Source of the DNA: Calditrichales bacterium
GTDB lineage: Bacteria > Calditrichota > Calditrichia > Calditrichales > J004
Assembly (NCBI GenBank): GCA_965267575.1
Contig: OZ254086.1
Span: 1,088,001 to 1,152,000, forward strand
Reading direction: 5' to 3'
Length of the DNA stretch: 64,000 nucleotides
Part shown: one piece after another, positions 47,199-57,684 of the stretch
Numbering within the stretch: the stretch's first letter is position 1
Layout of the letters: each line of letters opens with the position of its first letter
Made by a program: the position numbers and the translations under genes
Notes under the pieces: model-generated
The model's database searches: none
What the model was told of the DNA's origin: nothing
What the model saw: the letters and a program-made list of their open reading frames with translations, nothing else

Positions 47199-47585
47199 CT
47201 AATTGGATATTTTTTGAACAAATGGTCTGCTAGTGGAACTGGATAAGACCATAAACAGCCCCGATATATCCGGATTTTTGCTTGTCATGATTATTTCTTC
47301 AAAAATAAAATTGATATGAATGCGAATAACGAAACCACAAATAAATAAATCAGAATTTTTTCGCCAAAAACAACCATACAAAAAACTCCAACAACGAGTG
47401 TCGAAAAAATAAGGCAAAAGTAGTCCCAGCTTTTTTAGTTTAATCTTAATAGTGCCTTTAATTAAGCTGAATACTACAAAACTATTTCTTACAGTTGTTA
47501 TAACAGAATAAAAAAACAAGACCAGCATAATTAGTGCTTTGAGAGAATACTCATACCAAATAAAAAGTGATACCGATACCATCAA
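47199..47585 (-). CDS. Hypothetical AT-rich membrane protein or remnant
   Basis: Hydrophobic ORF in very AT-rich DNA; may be a degraded fragment. Confidence 0.3.
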   Translation of the reverse strand: MMVSVSLFIWYEYSLKALIMLVLFFYSVITTVRNSFVVFSLIKGTIKIKLKKLGLLLPYFFDTRCWSFLYGCFWRKNSDLFICGFVIRIHINFIFEEIIMTSKNPDISGLFMVLSSSTSRPFVQKISN

Positions 47586-47696
47586 GATAGCTTTTATAAA
47601 TATCTCAAGTGCTTGATTGCTTTTGTATTTTTACAAAACGCTTATTTTTTATCATTACTATCTAAATCTCACATCGCGGTGTGGTTAAACGGCCAA

Positions 47697-47813
47697 CCTC
47701 GATAAAAAAATCGGGACAGGCCGGATTGGCAGATGTTAATGTCATCCCGGCCTTAGCGCCGGGATCTTTTCCCAGTTTCCCAAATACTATCCTGCCGACG
47801 TACCGCGATGACA
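47697..47813. repeat. CCCGAT-type palindrome and GTCATCC-type REP
   Basis: CCTCGATAAAAAAATCGGGACAGG; TGTCATCCCGGCCTTAGCGCCGGGATCT...GATGACA. Confidence 0.6.
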
Positions 47814-47857
47814 AATTTCAGAATAAGACAATAATTCTTAATTCCTAATTCTTTGAT

Positions 47858-48775
47858 TCACTCCAGCTCCGTATCAAACTTCTTCTCCTCCACATAAGTC
47901 ACCTTCATGATGCTGTAAAAAAGAATGGCAACGCCCAACCACTGCACGGGTCCCAAAATGTTATCGCGTAAGAAAAATTCCAGCAGCACGGCGGTAAGCG
48001 GAAAGGCCAGCTCGCAAATGGTTGCCACGGAGGCCTTGATCCGTTTGAGTCCGTAATAGTACAGAAAAATCCCCGGGCCGCCGGTAAGAAAAGCGATGAT
48101 CAGGAAAACCGTCCATTGCTCGCTGCTAACCTGGCCGACCTGCGTAATGGTGCCGCTGCTGCCGGAGACAACCAGCATAACCATAGCGGTAAAAAGGAAG
48201 CGCAGGTAAGTGGCGTCTTTAAATTCCACGTTTTTTAAGGCGCGCTTGCTCAGCACGGTGGAAGAGGCAAAACCCAGCGTGGCCAGGATGGCAAAAAACG
48301 CAGCCATCAGCGTTTGATTGTCATCATCCAGAACAGGAAGCTTAAAGCCGAAAGTCATGATATAAGCGCCGATAACGGCCAGCACCGCCCAAATGTAAAA
48401 AGCGCGTCCCGGCTTTTCTTTCAGCAGGATGGAAGCCAGGATGATGGCAAAAACCGGCTGCAATTTCTGGATCAGCACCACGATGGACAGGTTGACGTAG
48501 TTGACGTAAAACAAAGCCTTGGTGATAGCCATCGTGCCCACGGCGCCGCCCATGATGGCCACGCCGAGAAAGGCCAGCCAGTCGTTGCGTTTAAGCTTTT
48601 TAAATAGCCGGAAAGAGCGATACAAAAACGGCGATAATATTATCGTGATAATAAAACTTTCCACAAACACCACCATGGAAACGGGCAGCGTGTAGAGATA
48701 AGGTCTCAGGAAAACGCCATCCACGCCCCACAGCGTTGCAGCAATAATGACAAACAAAGCAGCTATGCGATCCAT
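47858..48775 (-). CDS. EamA/DMT family transporter
   Basis: AATLWG, QKLQPVFAI.LA..LLKE, YYGLKRIKAS.A...EL.FP; ten TM segments. Confidence 0.9.
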   Translation of the reverse strand: MDRIAALFVIIAATLWGVDGVFLRPYLYTLPVSMVVFVESFIITIILSPFLYRSFRLFKKLKRNDWLAFLGVAIMGGAVGTMAITKALFYVNYVNLSIVVLIQKLQPVFAIILASILLKEKPGRAFYIWAVLAVIGAYIMTFGFKLPVLDDDNQTLMAAFFAILATLGFASSTVLSKRALKNVEFKDATYLRFLFTAMVMLVVSGSSGTITQVGQVSSEQWTVFLIIAFLTGGPGIFLYYYGLKRIKASVATICELAFPLTAVLLEFFLRDNILGPVQWLGVAILFYSIMKVTYVEEKKFDTELE

Positions 48776-48914
48776 ACAATCTCCGCAGGATAATGCAATA
48801 AAATATCCTTAACGTTAATGAAATATGCAAAAACGAGTTGCAGTTTTGACATAATTAATCGAAAATAAACGGTTTTGTAAATAATTAAGGAATTTAAGGA
48901 AAGGATTTTATTAA

Positions 48915-50483
48915 ATGCGCGCTCTTTTAGCTTTTATTTTGATCGTATTTTTGCTGGCCGGATGCAGCGGCTCCGCAAGACAGGGCGAGATTTCAGCGCT
49001 GCAGCATGACAGCCACGCCAACATCAAGTCCAACCTGGAATTTCTGGCATCCGATGAGCTTGAAGGCCGCGAAGCCACACGACGCGGTGAAAGGATCGCC
49101 GGCGAATTTATCGCTACCCGCCTGCAGCAATACGGCGTTAAGCCTTTCGGAGATAACGGCACTTACTTTCAGAGCTTCAACCTGGAGTTGTTTCAGTATT
49201 CGCAGGATTCAAAAATCTATTTAAGCTCGGATGACGGACAGACGGATACACTGGCCTTTGGCAGCGGCTTTGTACCGCGCTACGAAATGGACAGCACTGC
49301 GGCGACGGCCCAAACAGATTTGGTTTACATGCGCTACGGCATCGAAGCCCCGGAGCTGGACTATAATGATTACAAAGATGTTGATGTGAGCGGCAAAACG
49401 ATCGTTGTTCTTGGCGATGTGCCCTTTTACGAGCAGGACACAACGGCTTTCAACAAATACGCCGGCTCCCGTGATCGAAGGGATATGGCCGCCGATAAAG
49501 GGGTTACTTCCGTCGTATACATTTTGTCACCCAAGTGGCTGCGCTTTTTTACGCGCCTTGGCATGCGTGTGAGCGGCGAGAGCTTTAACTATCCCTACGA
49601 CCGTGAAAGCAAGCCCGCTGTTGTCTACGTGGATTCCACGTCGGTTAAAAAACTGTTCGGCAAAACCGACATGACCTACGACCAGGTTTTTGAATGGCTC
49701 AAAGGTGATCCTCTGCCGGCAGGTCATGATCTCGGCTTTGATATGGATTTCGATATTTCCTTTAGCGCCAAACTGGCTGAAGCCCGCAATGTCATCGGCA
49801 TTGTAGAAGGCAACGATCCGAATGTGGCCGACCAGTATGTCAGCGTCGGCGCGCACTATGATCATGTGGGCATGCGCGAAGTGCCGGGCTCCCCACCGAT
49901 TGTGTATAACGGCGCGGATGATAACGCCTCCGGTACCACGGCCATTATGGAAGCGGCGCGTATTATGGCAGCGACAAAATCGAACAAACGTCCGGTAGTG
50001 TTTATGTTTTTCAGCGCGGAAGAGAAGGGTTTACTGGGCGCGCGTTATTTGGCTGAAAACTGGGAGCACACGGACAATGTCATCGTCAACATCAATATGG
50101 ACATGGTGGGCCGTGAGCATCCCGATACCATGTTTGTTATCGGATCCGGCAAATTGAGCAGCGAATTTTATGATATTGTTGAAGAGGCTAATAAAGCTTC
50201 GGTCAATTTTGCCTTTGATTACACGTTGGACGACGAAGGCCACCCGGAACGCATCTATTACCGCAGCGACCACTGGCAGTTTGCCAAGCGCGGCATCCCT
50301 GTTGTATTCCTGACCGACTATCACGACGAGGATTATCACCGCCCCACGGATGACGCGGATAAAATCAAATATGAGAAAGTGGTTAAAACCTCGTATCTGA
50401 CGGTTGAGATTGCGAAACGCGTGGCTAACCTGGGCCATAAGCTCAAAGTGGATAAACCTGTCGTATACGAAGGCGGCCGATAA
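48915..50483 (+). CDS. M28 family aminopeptidase lipoprotein with PA domain
   Basis: Lipobox LAGC, LASDELEGR, GAHYDH, NGADDNASG, AEEKGLLG, NMDMVG, SDH, DYH.PTD. Confidence 0.92.
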   Translation: MRALLAFILIVFLLAGCSGSARQGEISALQHDSHANIKSNLEFLASDELEGREATRRGERIAGEFIATRLQQYGVKPFGDNGTYFQSFNLELFQYSQDSKIYLSSDDGQTDTLAFGSGFVPRYEMDSTAATAQTDLVYMRYGIEAPELDYNDYKDVDVSGKTIVVLGDVPFYEQDTTAFNKYAGSRDRRDMAADKGVTSVVYILSPKWLRFFTRLGMRVSGESFNYPYDRESKPAVVYVDSTSVKKLFGKTDMTYDQVFEWLKGDPLPAGHDLGFDMDFDISFSAKLAEARNVIGIVEGNDPNVADQYVSVGAHYDHVGMREVPGSPPIVYNGADDNASGTTAIMEAARIMAATKSNKRPVVFMFFSAEEKGLLGARYLAENWEHTDNVIVNINMDMVGREHPDTMFVIGSGKLSSEFYDIVEEANKASVNFAFDYTLDDEGHPERIYYRSDHWQFAKRGIPVVFLTDYHDEDYHRPTDDADKIKYEKVVKTSYLTVEIAKRVANLGHKLKVDKPVVYEGGR

Positions 50484-50488
50484 AAAGT

Positions 50489-50517
50489 AAAGGCGCTCCA
50501 GACGGGGCGCCTTTTTT
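50489..50517. terminator. Bidirectional terminator
   Basis: AAAGGCGC-N-GCGCCTTT between convergent genes. Confidence 0.8.
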
Positions 50518-50526
50518 GTTTGCAGG

Positions 50527-52596
50527 TTATTTGAGCAAGACCATCTTGCGCGTTTCAATGTGCGCGCCGGCCCGGAGCCGGTAGAAATATATGCCGCTGG
50601 CCAGGTGCGATGCATCAAAGCTAAGGTAGTGCCGCCCGGCTTCCATACGGCCGTTGAACAAACTGGCCACCTGACGACCAAGACGATCAAAAACGGCTAC
50701 TTCAACTTCAGCGGCAGCGGGCAATTCCAAAGGAATGGTTGTGCGCGGGTTAAAAGGATTGGGATAATTGGCCAAAAGCCTGATGCTTTGCGGAAGCACA
50801 CGCCAGGGGTCATCACCAATGTCCGCATTGCTCTGTTCGTAAAAGACGATCTCTTCCAGTGAGACGCCATCATCCGCGCTGATCATAACGGTCAAGCCAT
50901 CATCATGAAATAGCTGGTACGGCAGGCTGAAACCGGCTGCGGCTTTTTCCAGCAAAATACCATTCGCTTCAACTTCAAGTCCCTCGATATCCCGGCCATG
51001 CAGCAGAAAGGCATATTCACCCTGCTTGTTTACATCCGGCAAACCGACAATAATCATCTCCTCATCGTAGATTACAGGAATTCCGTCTTTATCAATTTGT
51101 TTGCCTTGCAAAATTTCAATCGGGCTGCTTTTCGTTTTCGCGTTTGCGGAAAAATTGTAATAAAGCGGTAGTTCAACCGTGCTTTGGACTGTTAAGGGTT
51201 TTTGGCGGTAGGCGTCACGCAGCTCAATTTCCACTGAGTAACTTCCGGGTGCCACCTGCTGATTTTCGTTGTCAAGACGCTGCCAGGCCCACTGCGCATT
51301 GCCCGACGCTTTCCATTCCGCAGGCGATTCATAAACGGTTTCCCCGTTTTCATTTCGTACGATTACCTTTGCCATGGCGTAATCGCTGAGAAAAGCGGAA
51401 AGACTGATTGCGGCGTTATACTGCGTCATACCAAGGGCAACATCGCGGGCTTTCAGACCCATTTCAAAACGGTAAGCGCCGTTGTTATCAGCCCACTTGT
51501 CCAGCGCGATCAACTGGTCAAAAGCGCCGTAAAAAACGGTGCCGCTGCCATCACGGACGCTTCCCGATGGAATATGCACCGTCGTCAGCGCAGCGGCGTC
51601 AACCGCCATTTCATCAAGCTTTTGCAGCGAGGCGTTATATTTTAGCAGGCGCTTTGCGGCACCGTCCGCCACGTAAAGCTGCCCGAAGTAATCGCAGGAA
51701 ATACTGCCGAAGACAGACCCGGGCCTGGCCATTATCTGCTGCTGAAGCGTAAAATTGCCGTCCTTATAATTCAAGCGGCTCAGCCGGCGATCGTATTTAT
51801 CCACCACGAAAACGGAAACCGTGCCATCATCATGCGTGTAGCTCGCGATGGCCCGTGGAGAGAGCAGGTCTTTTTCTAAAACTGCAACGCCGGCGCCCGA
51901 TGCCGCGGCCTCAAAAACGGCAATAGTATTGGCCGATGCATCGGTCACAAACAGCAGGTCATCGCCGCTTTGCTGAGCGGTTCCGTTATCGCTGTACGCC
52001 AAACCGGCGGGTGTCTTCAACCCTTCAATATAGCCAAGCAACTCCAGGCGCGGCTCGTCAGCGGCACGCTCAATACGCAACACCCGGATGCGCTGGCGGC
52101 CTTCCTCGGCCACAAACAAAACGCCATCCGGCCCGATCGCCATGGCGCCCGGGGATTGAATCTCATCATATACTTTCATATTACCGCCAAGTCTGCCATA
52201 CACAACGCGGCCCCAGCCCGGATCGGATACAAACTGTATATAATCTCCAACGGGTGTAACGTCGTCATCCAGTTTCATCTCGAACCAGGTGGCCGTATGC
52301 TGCGGCTGGTAAAACAGATCGCGTTCCAGCCAGCGTTGCGCTGTACTGCGCGTAAACGCGTCGATGCCCAGGCCCTCATCAAAGGGGACGCGCCGCAGCG
52401 TATAACCGACCCCGGCGGCATGCACCGTGTCCGACGTGGAGACAGCGGCGCTTTTTGACAAGGCGGCGTTGCTGCTCTGCTGCGGCAGAGGCACATTGTA
52501 AATCAGTTTTGCGCCAAAGTCCTGCGGTGCGGTTTTGGGACGATCCCCCGCAACCAGAAATACAATCAGCAAAAGAACGATGGTAGCATAACGCAT
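50527..52596 (-). CDS. Secreted NHL-repeat protein with FlgD-like Ig and T9SS-like C-terminal domain
   Basis: LFVAE.G.QRI, LFVTD...NTI, LYVAD; VAPGSY; NYPNPFNPRT. Confidence 0.78.
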   Translation of the reverse strand: MRYATIVLLLIVFLVAGDRPKTAPQDFGAKLIYNVPLPQQSSNAALSKSAAVSTSDTVHAAGVGYTLRRVPFDEGLGIDAFTRSTAQRWLERDLFYQPQHTATWFEMKLDDDVTPVGDYIQFVSDPGWGRVVYGRLGGNMKVYDEIQSPGAMAIGPDGVLFVAEEGRQRIRVLRIERAADEPRLELLGYIEGLKTPAGLAYSDNGTAQQSGDDLLFVTDASANTIAVFEAAASGAGVAVLEKDLLSPRAIASYTHDDGTVSVFVVDKYDRRLSRLNYKDGNFTLQQQIMARPGSVFGSISCDYFGQLYVADGAAKRLLKYNASLQKLDEMAVDAAALTTVHIPSGSVRDGSGTVFYGAFDQLIALDKWADNNGAYRFEMGLKARDVALGMTQYNAAISLSAFLSDYAMAKVIVRNENGETVYESPAEWKASGNAQWAWQRLDNENQQVAPGSYSVEIELRDAYRQKPLTVQSTVELPLYYNFSANAKTKSSPIEILQGKQIDKDGIPVIYDEEMIIVGLPDVNKQGEYAFLLHGRDIEGLEVEANGILLEKAAAGFSLPYQLFHDDGLTVMISADDGVSLEEIVFYEQSNADIGDDPWRVLPQSIRLLANYPNPFNPRTTIPLELPAAAEVEVAVFDRLGRQVASLFNGRMEAGRHYLSFDASHLASGIYFYRLRAGAHIETRKMVLLK

Positions 52597-52641
52597 GATA
52601 ATCTCCGCGGTTTGGTGTCAATAATTTGTAAGTGGCGCAAC

Positions 52642-53790
52642 TCATATCCCCAGGCTGAGACTGCCCTGGAAAATATCAGCCGAAAAATCCAGGCTGTTGG
52701 AGTAACGCAGGTAACGCAGCTCAAACGAGGCCTCTTCCAGAAAAGCCCATTTGGGGTTGTCCCGGCCAAGCGCACGCAGCAAAAAGCTAAGGCTGATGCC
52801 AAAGGTGTTGGAATCAAAGGAGCGTAACTTGTAGTCGGCGCTGTAAAACGCACCCGGCACGATATCGGCGGTGCGGTAGCGCTCTTTGCTGAATTCCGCC
52901 GCGCTTTGTGTGTAGTAACGATAGCTGAATCCGGCAATAAGGTCCTGCAGCACATAGGTGTTAACGCGGCCTTCGACGGTGTGAGATTTTACTTCCCAGT
53001 CATCAAAATAGTAGCGGTAAAAAGCGATTGTCGACGCCTGCATCGGCTCGATGTATTGGCTCAGGCGTAGGCTGCCGGCGTAACGTTCGCGGCTCTGCGG
53101 ATGCACTTCCGGCTCCAGCGTGAAGGCATTGTTGGCGTCAAAAACCTGCACCTTGCGGTACGGGTCGCTCAGAAAACCGTTTAGTCTTACCCCGTCGGCG
53201 GTCAGTTCCAGCAGGGTTGTCGGCGATAGCGTCTGGCTTATGCTGAGCATGGCGGTATAACTTGTTTTATCGCGATTGCTTATGTCGCCGTTATCAAGTA
53301 TTTCTCCAACCCGGTCCTCGTTGTACTGGGCGCGCAGAGTCAACGTGGTATTTTTCTGAAACAGGTCCTGGCTCAGCGTTACGATGGCGGCATTGGAAAG
53401 ATAGTCGATCTCCTGGCTGCGATAGACGTTGAGCGCGACGGAGGTGTTGGAGCCCAGCCCCTGTTCGATGCCGGCGATCACCTGGCCGCGGTTTTTCTCA
53501 AAGCGCTCATTGCTGCGCCGCGTAGGCCGCGTGGCCCCGGTTGATCCGTCGATGGGCGGAATGATCACTTTGTCAAGCTCAATATCCAGCAGCAAAATAG
53601 TGCGCCCGATAAGACGCTTTGCCAGGCTGAACGATGTTGTCATCACCTGGTTGCTGCCGGAATCCTCAAAAAAGTAAGCCGTGTAACCGATGCGGTCATC
53701 GCCGTCCGGCACAGCAAATATTAGCCAGGGGCAAAAAAGAAAGAGGATGAAAGCGCGTATCGCTTTGGATTTTATCATTTTTTCAGGCAA
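52642..53790 (-). CDS. DUF3570 family outer-membrane beta-barrel
   Basis: DGSTGAT, SQEIDYLS, GFLSDPYRKV, YRYYFDDWEVKSHT, YRYYTQSAA, SADYKL..F. Probable TTG start at 53790 with an AGGAG RBS. Confidence 0.82.
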   Translation of the reverse strand: MPEKMIKSKAIRAFILFLFCPWLIFAVPDGDDRIGYTAYFFEDSGSNQVMTTSFSLAKRLIGRTILLLDIELDKVIIPPIDGSTGATRPTRRSNERFEKNRGQVIAGIEQGLGSNTSVALNVYRSQEIDYLSNAAIVTLSQDLFQKNTTLTLRAQYNEDRVGEILDNGDISNRDKTSYTAMLSISQTLSPTTLLELTADGVRLNGFLSDPYRKVQVFDANNAFTLEPEVHPQSRERYAGSLRLSQYIEPMQASTIAFYRYYFDDWEVKSHTVEGRVNTYVLQDLIAGFSYRYYTQSAAEFSKERYRTADIVPGAFYSADYKLRSFDSNTFGISLSFLLRALGRDNPKWAFLEEASFELRYLRYSNSLDFSADIFQGSLSLGI

Positions 53791-54012
53791 ATCTATCTCC
53801 TGCTTGTTCAGGTTAATTTGCAAGGCGTTACGAAGATCGCATGCGCTTAACTTCATAACGAGTGGCAACACGTAGCGCGGCATAACACGGCGCTGCGGAA
53901 TCCACATGTATTATAACTGTTTTCACACTTTAGCACAGCGCAGAGGACCGGTCTGATCAGGGAGCATATGGGGTGGGAACCGATCCTCTATAAATGCGCC
54001 GGCTATTTGGTT

Positions 54013-54228
54013 TTACTTGGCGCAGCCGCAGCCGCCGCCAATGCCACCAGAGCCTCCGAGACTTCCTTCCCGCGTGGAGAAAAACTTTTCATCCAGCTTT
54101 TGCTTGGCAAACTGGCTGCGAGGCTCCATCAACGGATCAGCCAGCTTTTCGCGCTGCCAAGGTTTAACCGCAACGCAGGAAACAAAAACGATCGTAAACA
54201 ACAGAAAAACAATCAGACGTTTTTTCAA
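54013..54228 (-). CDS. DUF4266 family small lipoprotein
   Basis: SCVAVKPWQREKLADPLM, REGS.GG.G..GGGCGC. Confidence 0.88.
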   Translation of the reverse strand: MKKRLIVFLLFTIVFVSCVAVKPWQREKLADPLMEPRSQFAKQKLDEKFFSTREGSLGGSGGIGGGCGCAK

Positions 54229-54301
54229 AATACCTCCGGGTTATCGTAATTCAGGATCTCAGCAACAGGACGCTGAAAAAAATTCAGCACGACGGCTATG
54301 A

Positions 54302-54802
54302 TCAGCGCATGTCCACAAGACCGCGCACGGCAAATTCCAGCTTGCGCACGCTCTCTTCGTTATAGCCGGTGTGCACATATTGGATTTTGCCGTATTGGTC
54401 CACCAAAACAGCGGTTGGCATGGCCGGAATATTGTAAGCGTTGACGACCTCTTTTTGCGCGTCATGCACTACTGTCAGCGAAACGCCCATTTCCTTCAGG
54501 AAGCGGCGGGCGTTTTCTTTTTCGTCGTCAATGTTTACGGTAATCAGGTGTAGATCCTTAAAACGCCGGTCCAGGTCTTGCATGTAAGGCAGTGACTTTT
54601 TACAGGGCGCGCACCACGATGCCCAGAAATCGATGAGCACCACTTTACCGCGGTAATCCGAAAGCGCAATAGAGTCGTCACCATCCAGCAGCGGCAGCTT
54701 AAAAGCGGGCGCCGGTGTACCGGGGTTTAGCTTTTTGTCGGTTGCCGCAGCCACGGCCAGCAATGCAATCAAAAACAAAGACAGTTTTTTCAGAAGGCCC
54801 AT
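54302..54802 (-). CDS. TlpA-family thiol-disulfide oxidoreductase
   Basis: APAFKL, GKVVLIDFWASWCAPC, MPT..LVD. Confidence 0.92.
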   Translation of the reverse strand: MGLLKKLSLFLIALLAVAAATDKKLNPGTPAPAFKLPLLDGDDSIALSDYRGKVVLIDFWASWCAPCKKSLPYMQDLDRRFKDLHLITVNIDDEKENARRFLKEMGVSLTVVHDAQKEVVNAYNIPAMPTAVLVDQYGKIQYVHTGYNEESVRKLEFAVRGLVDMR

Positions 54803-54810
54803 ATTTCCTC

Positions 54811-57027
54811 CTAAGGTTGAATTGTATTTGAATACTGCGCGCCCAGGTCAATCCACTCGATCAGCACCAGCAGGTCGCTGTTTGCCGCCAGGAAAGGATC
54901 GATCCTGCCAAAACCGTCCTTTTGCCACAGCGTGCTGTGATCGTAGGAAAGAGCACGGAATTCATCGTCATCACCATCTAGCTGGCGGTTAAACAGCACC
55001 CACATCAGCGGGCTGTTGCGCGCGCCGCGCCTCGTCACCAGGTCGTCATCCCCGCCATCCGCGGTGCGGTAGCGGAAATCATCCATCAGGATATCATAGA
55101 CAGACGTGCGGTCATTACCGTTGTCATCGCCGGAGGGCGTGCGGTCTTCGGCCAGATTGGCCAGACGCAGTCCGGCGTCCGGGTTGCCGCTCCCGTGGCA
55201 GGAAACACAATTACGGTCCAGAACAGCCTGTACAGTGTTGGCGCGGTTCGGGCGCAGGCGGTCAAAAAAGTCGATCGTATCAGGGCGGGCGGCGGCGTGC
55301 TCGGTGACACGTACGGCGTTGTCAAAACCGGAGGCGTAGTTATGGCCGCTGGCCCGGTTAAGCACGCTCAGGTCGCTCTGAATTTCCAGATCGTTGATGA
55401 TCTTATCGCGATCATGCGAATCGTGGCAGCCGGTACAAAGGCGCCTTTCACCCGGCATTACCTGGATCCATGTCATCTGGTTTACCAGCATCAGGCCGTT
55501 TTCATCCAGCGTCTGCAGGTGCAGCGAGCGGTTGGCCGGCACCTCGATGGAAAATGAGCCGTCTGCGCGCACCGGGGCGTAACCGATCACGCGTTGCTTC
55601 TCAAAATTGGTATCGCCGATATCGCCACCGCGGCGGTCCCTGTCACGCGGCAGGGGAATGGCTTCAATCACGCGGACATGACGAACTTCGCCGCTGCTGC
55701 CGTCTTTGTTAAGGTGGTTGGGATTGGGACGCGGCTGGCCGTCGTTGGGCGCGCGGTCGTACACGTTGCCATCGAAGAACATGCCTGTTTGCACGCCGCT
55801 GTTCAACGCCTGCTGAACGTTGCTGTCCACCGGGCGCACCTGTGGAATGCCCGCCGGTAGCTCATCGCGCGGCAGCAACGGCACGGGATCAATGTCGTTG
55901 TAATCGGGATCGTTAAAAACCATGCGGATGTTGGAGCCGTCTTTGTTCATCACGTAAAGACCGTAATCCACCTGTTCTTCCTGTCCGTCCACGATGGCCA
56001 GCGGCGAAACCGCCACAACGATCTTCTCTTTTTCGCCTGCGGGCGCGGACTTATCAAATAGCGGATGCGGTGTTTTGTAGAGGGCGCCGGCATCATTGCG
56101 CGTGTTGTTAAAAGGCACATCGGATGGTGTGATAAACGTCAGGTTGTCATCGGATTTGGAAATATCGATCACGGCGATGGCCCCGCCTTCAAATGGCGAA
56201 TTGCGTTCCATGACCGAGCAGACGATACCGCCGTCACTCAGTTCGCGCGGCTCCAGGAAAACGCGGCTGCCGCTCTCCCGCGGGGAATGGTTGCCGTACA
56301 AAACAAACGGCCTCGTCCCGTCCGGGTCGATCACAAAAAGCGGAAATTTGTTGGGGTCACCCAGATGTTCCCAGCGGCTGTAAAAGACTTTGCCGCTACT
56401 GTGCACCATCGGGTTTGCGTCGTGGCTCTGGTTAAATGAAATCTGGCGGATGTTAATAAGCCGGCCGTCCTGGCCGCGTTCCGCGACATGCAGCAGCGGA
56501 GATGTGCGCCGCTCGTATTCATCCACAATTTGGCTGCGCGTGCTTGTAAAAATAATGCGTCCGTCGGGCAGGTAGGCCGGGTCCATGTCATCGCCCACTT
56601 TCTGGTCGGTAAGCTGCAAGAGGTTCCCGCCGTCACGGTCCATTTCATACAGATGCCAGTTGCTGTCGCGGTTTTTGCGCATCGAAAAGAGGATTTTTTT
56701 GCCGTCGTAGGAGACTTCAGGGTCGCAGGCATGGCCATAGCGGTCACTGCGGCTTTGGCCGGCGCGCGTGTATTGGGCCGTAAGATTACGCACGTCGCCC
56801 TGGGGAGAAATCGGTTCCAGGATAAAAATGTCCGTACCGGGGTAATACTCGTCGGCGTTGCTGCGCATGGCATTGCTGCGATTGTTTTCACGGCTGTTCT
56901 CGCGCACAAACACAAGCGCCGCCTGGCCCGATTTTTCCAGGATCACATCGGGTGGCGCGTTGCCGCATGATGCGAAAAAAAGCATCGCGAGCGTAATGGC
57001 AATCGTTTTAAAAAGCGTTTTATCCAC
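54811..57027 (-). CDS. HzsA-related (hydrazine synthase alpha middle domain) beta-propeller lipoprotein with two CxxCH haem motifs
   Basis: Lipobox FASC; DP.VSYDGKKILFS, DP.YLPDGRI.F.STR, YSRWEH; APV.ADGSF..EVPA...LQTLD..G; PGERRLCTGCH; CVSCH; WIDLGA. Confidence 0.82.
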   Translation of the reverse strand: MDKTLFKTIAITLAMLFFASCGNAPPDVILEKSGQAALVFVRENSRENNRSNAMRSNADEYYPGTDIFILEPISPQGDVRNLTAQYTRAGQSRSDRYGHACDPEVSYDGKKILFSMRKNRDSNWHLYEMDRDGGNLLQLTDQKVGDDMDPAYLPDGRIIFTSTRSQIVDEYERRTSPLLHVAERGQDGRLINIRQISFNQSHDANPMVHSSGKVFYSRWEHLGDPNKFPLFVIDPDGTRPFVLYGNHSPRESGSRVFLEPRELSDGGIVCSVMERNSPFEGGAIAVIDISKSDDNLTFITPSDVPFNNTRNDAGALYKTPHPLFDKSAPAGEKEKIVVAVSPLAIVDGQEEQVDYGLYVMNKDGSNIRMVFNDPDYNDIDPVPLLPRDELPAGIPQVRPVDSNVQQALNSGVQTGMFFDGNVYDRAPNDGQPRPNPNHLNKDGSSGEVRHVRVIEAIPLPRDRDRRGGDIGDTNFEKQRVIGYAPVRADGSFSIEVPANRSLHLQTLDENGLMLVNQMTWIQVMPGERRLCTGCHDSHDRDKIINDLEIQSDLSVLNRASGHNYASGFDNAVRVTEHAAARPDTIDFFDRLRPNRANTVQAVLDRNCVSCHGSGNPDAGLRLANLAEDRTPSGDDNGNDRTSVYDILMDDFRYRTADGGDDDLVTRRGARNSPLMWVLFNRQLDGDDDEFRALSYDHSTLWQKDGFGRIDPFLAANSDLLVLIEWIDLGAQYSNTIQP

Positions 57028-57038
57028 AGGCCCTCCGA

Positions 57039-57677
57039 TTAATAGAAATATTCCAGGTTGAGCGTAAAGATGAGGTTGTGCGCCAGGAAGCTGGAGCCGC
57101 GGTTAAAGCGCTGCGTTAACAGATGATCGCGCAGTTCGTAGCGCAGACCCAGTTTGCTGGAGCCAAACAGTTTTTTGAAATAAAGCCGGTTTCCGATACC
57201 CAGTACCGCGGCAAACTTGCTTTGCCCGCCCTGGTTAAGCCCGGCCACACCGGCAAGAAAATAGGGCGTGCTGCTCCACATGCGTGGATCGTAGCCATAA
57301 ACAATCTCATAACTTATCAGGCGATTGCTTTCAAACAGCTTTGCGCCGGATACGCTCTCCAGCACCTGCGAACGCAAACTGGACAAACCCAGACCCATTT
57401 CCACAAAGTGACGCCCCTGGCTGAAATACTGGTTGTAGCGCAAGGCGCCGTAGGGATTTACGCCAAAGCCTTCTGAGGCATAGACACCTGTTGAAAGTGT
57501 TATCCCCCTGTCCGACGGAAGCTGTGAAAAGGCCGGTCTCGGCATGAGAATCCCGAACAGTGCGGCCAGTAAAAGAAAGCGCAAAAGGCGCAGCGGAGGC
57601 CCTGTCTGCGACAAGCGGCAGCGCCCAAGGCTGAACACAATACAGGCCAGGTTTAAAAAATGCGGTATAAAGATCAT
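57039..57677 (-). CDS. Small outer-membrane beta-barrel protein
   Basis: Amphipathic strands, PYFLAG.G, LRYELRD, C-terminal YFY. Start uncertain. Confidence 0.65.
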   Translation of the reverse strand: MIFIPHFLNLACIVFSLGRCRLSQTGPPLRLLRFLLLAALFGILMPRPAFSQLPSDRGITLSTGVYASEGFGVNPYGALRYNQYFSQGRHFVEMGLGLSSLRSQVLESVSGAKLFESNRLISYEIVYGYDPRMWSSTPYFLAGVAGLNQGGQSKFAAVLGIGNRLYFKKLFGSSKLGLRYELRDHLLTQRFNRGSSFLAHNLIFTLNLEYFY

Positions 57678-57684
57678 AGGCTTC

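Noticed and set aside
54811-57027. Anammox hydrazine synthase
   Set aside because: Only HzsA-like domain similarity; no hzsB/hzsC nearby, and such homologues are widespread outside anammox bacteria.
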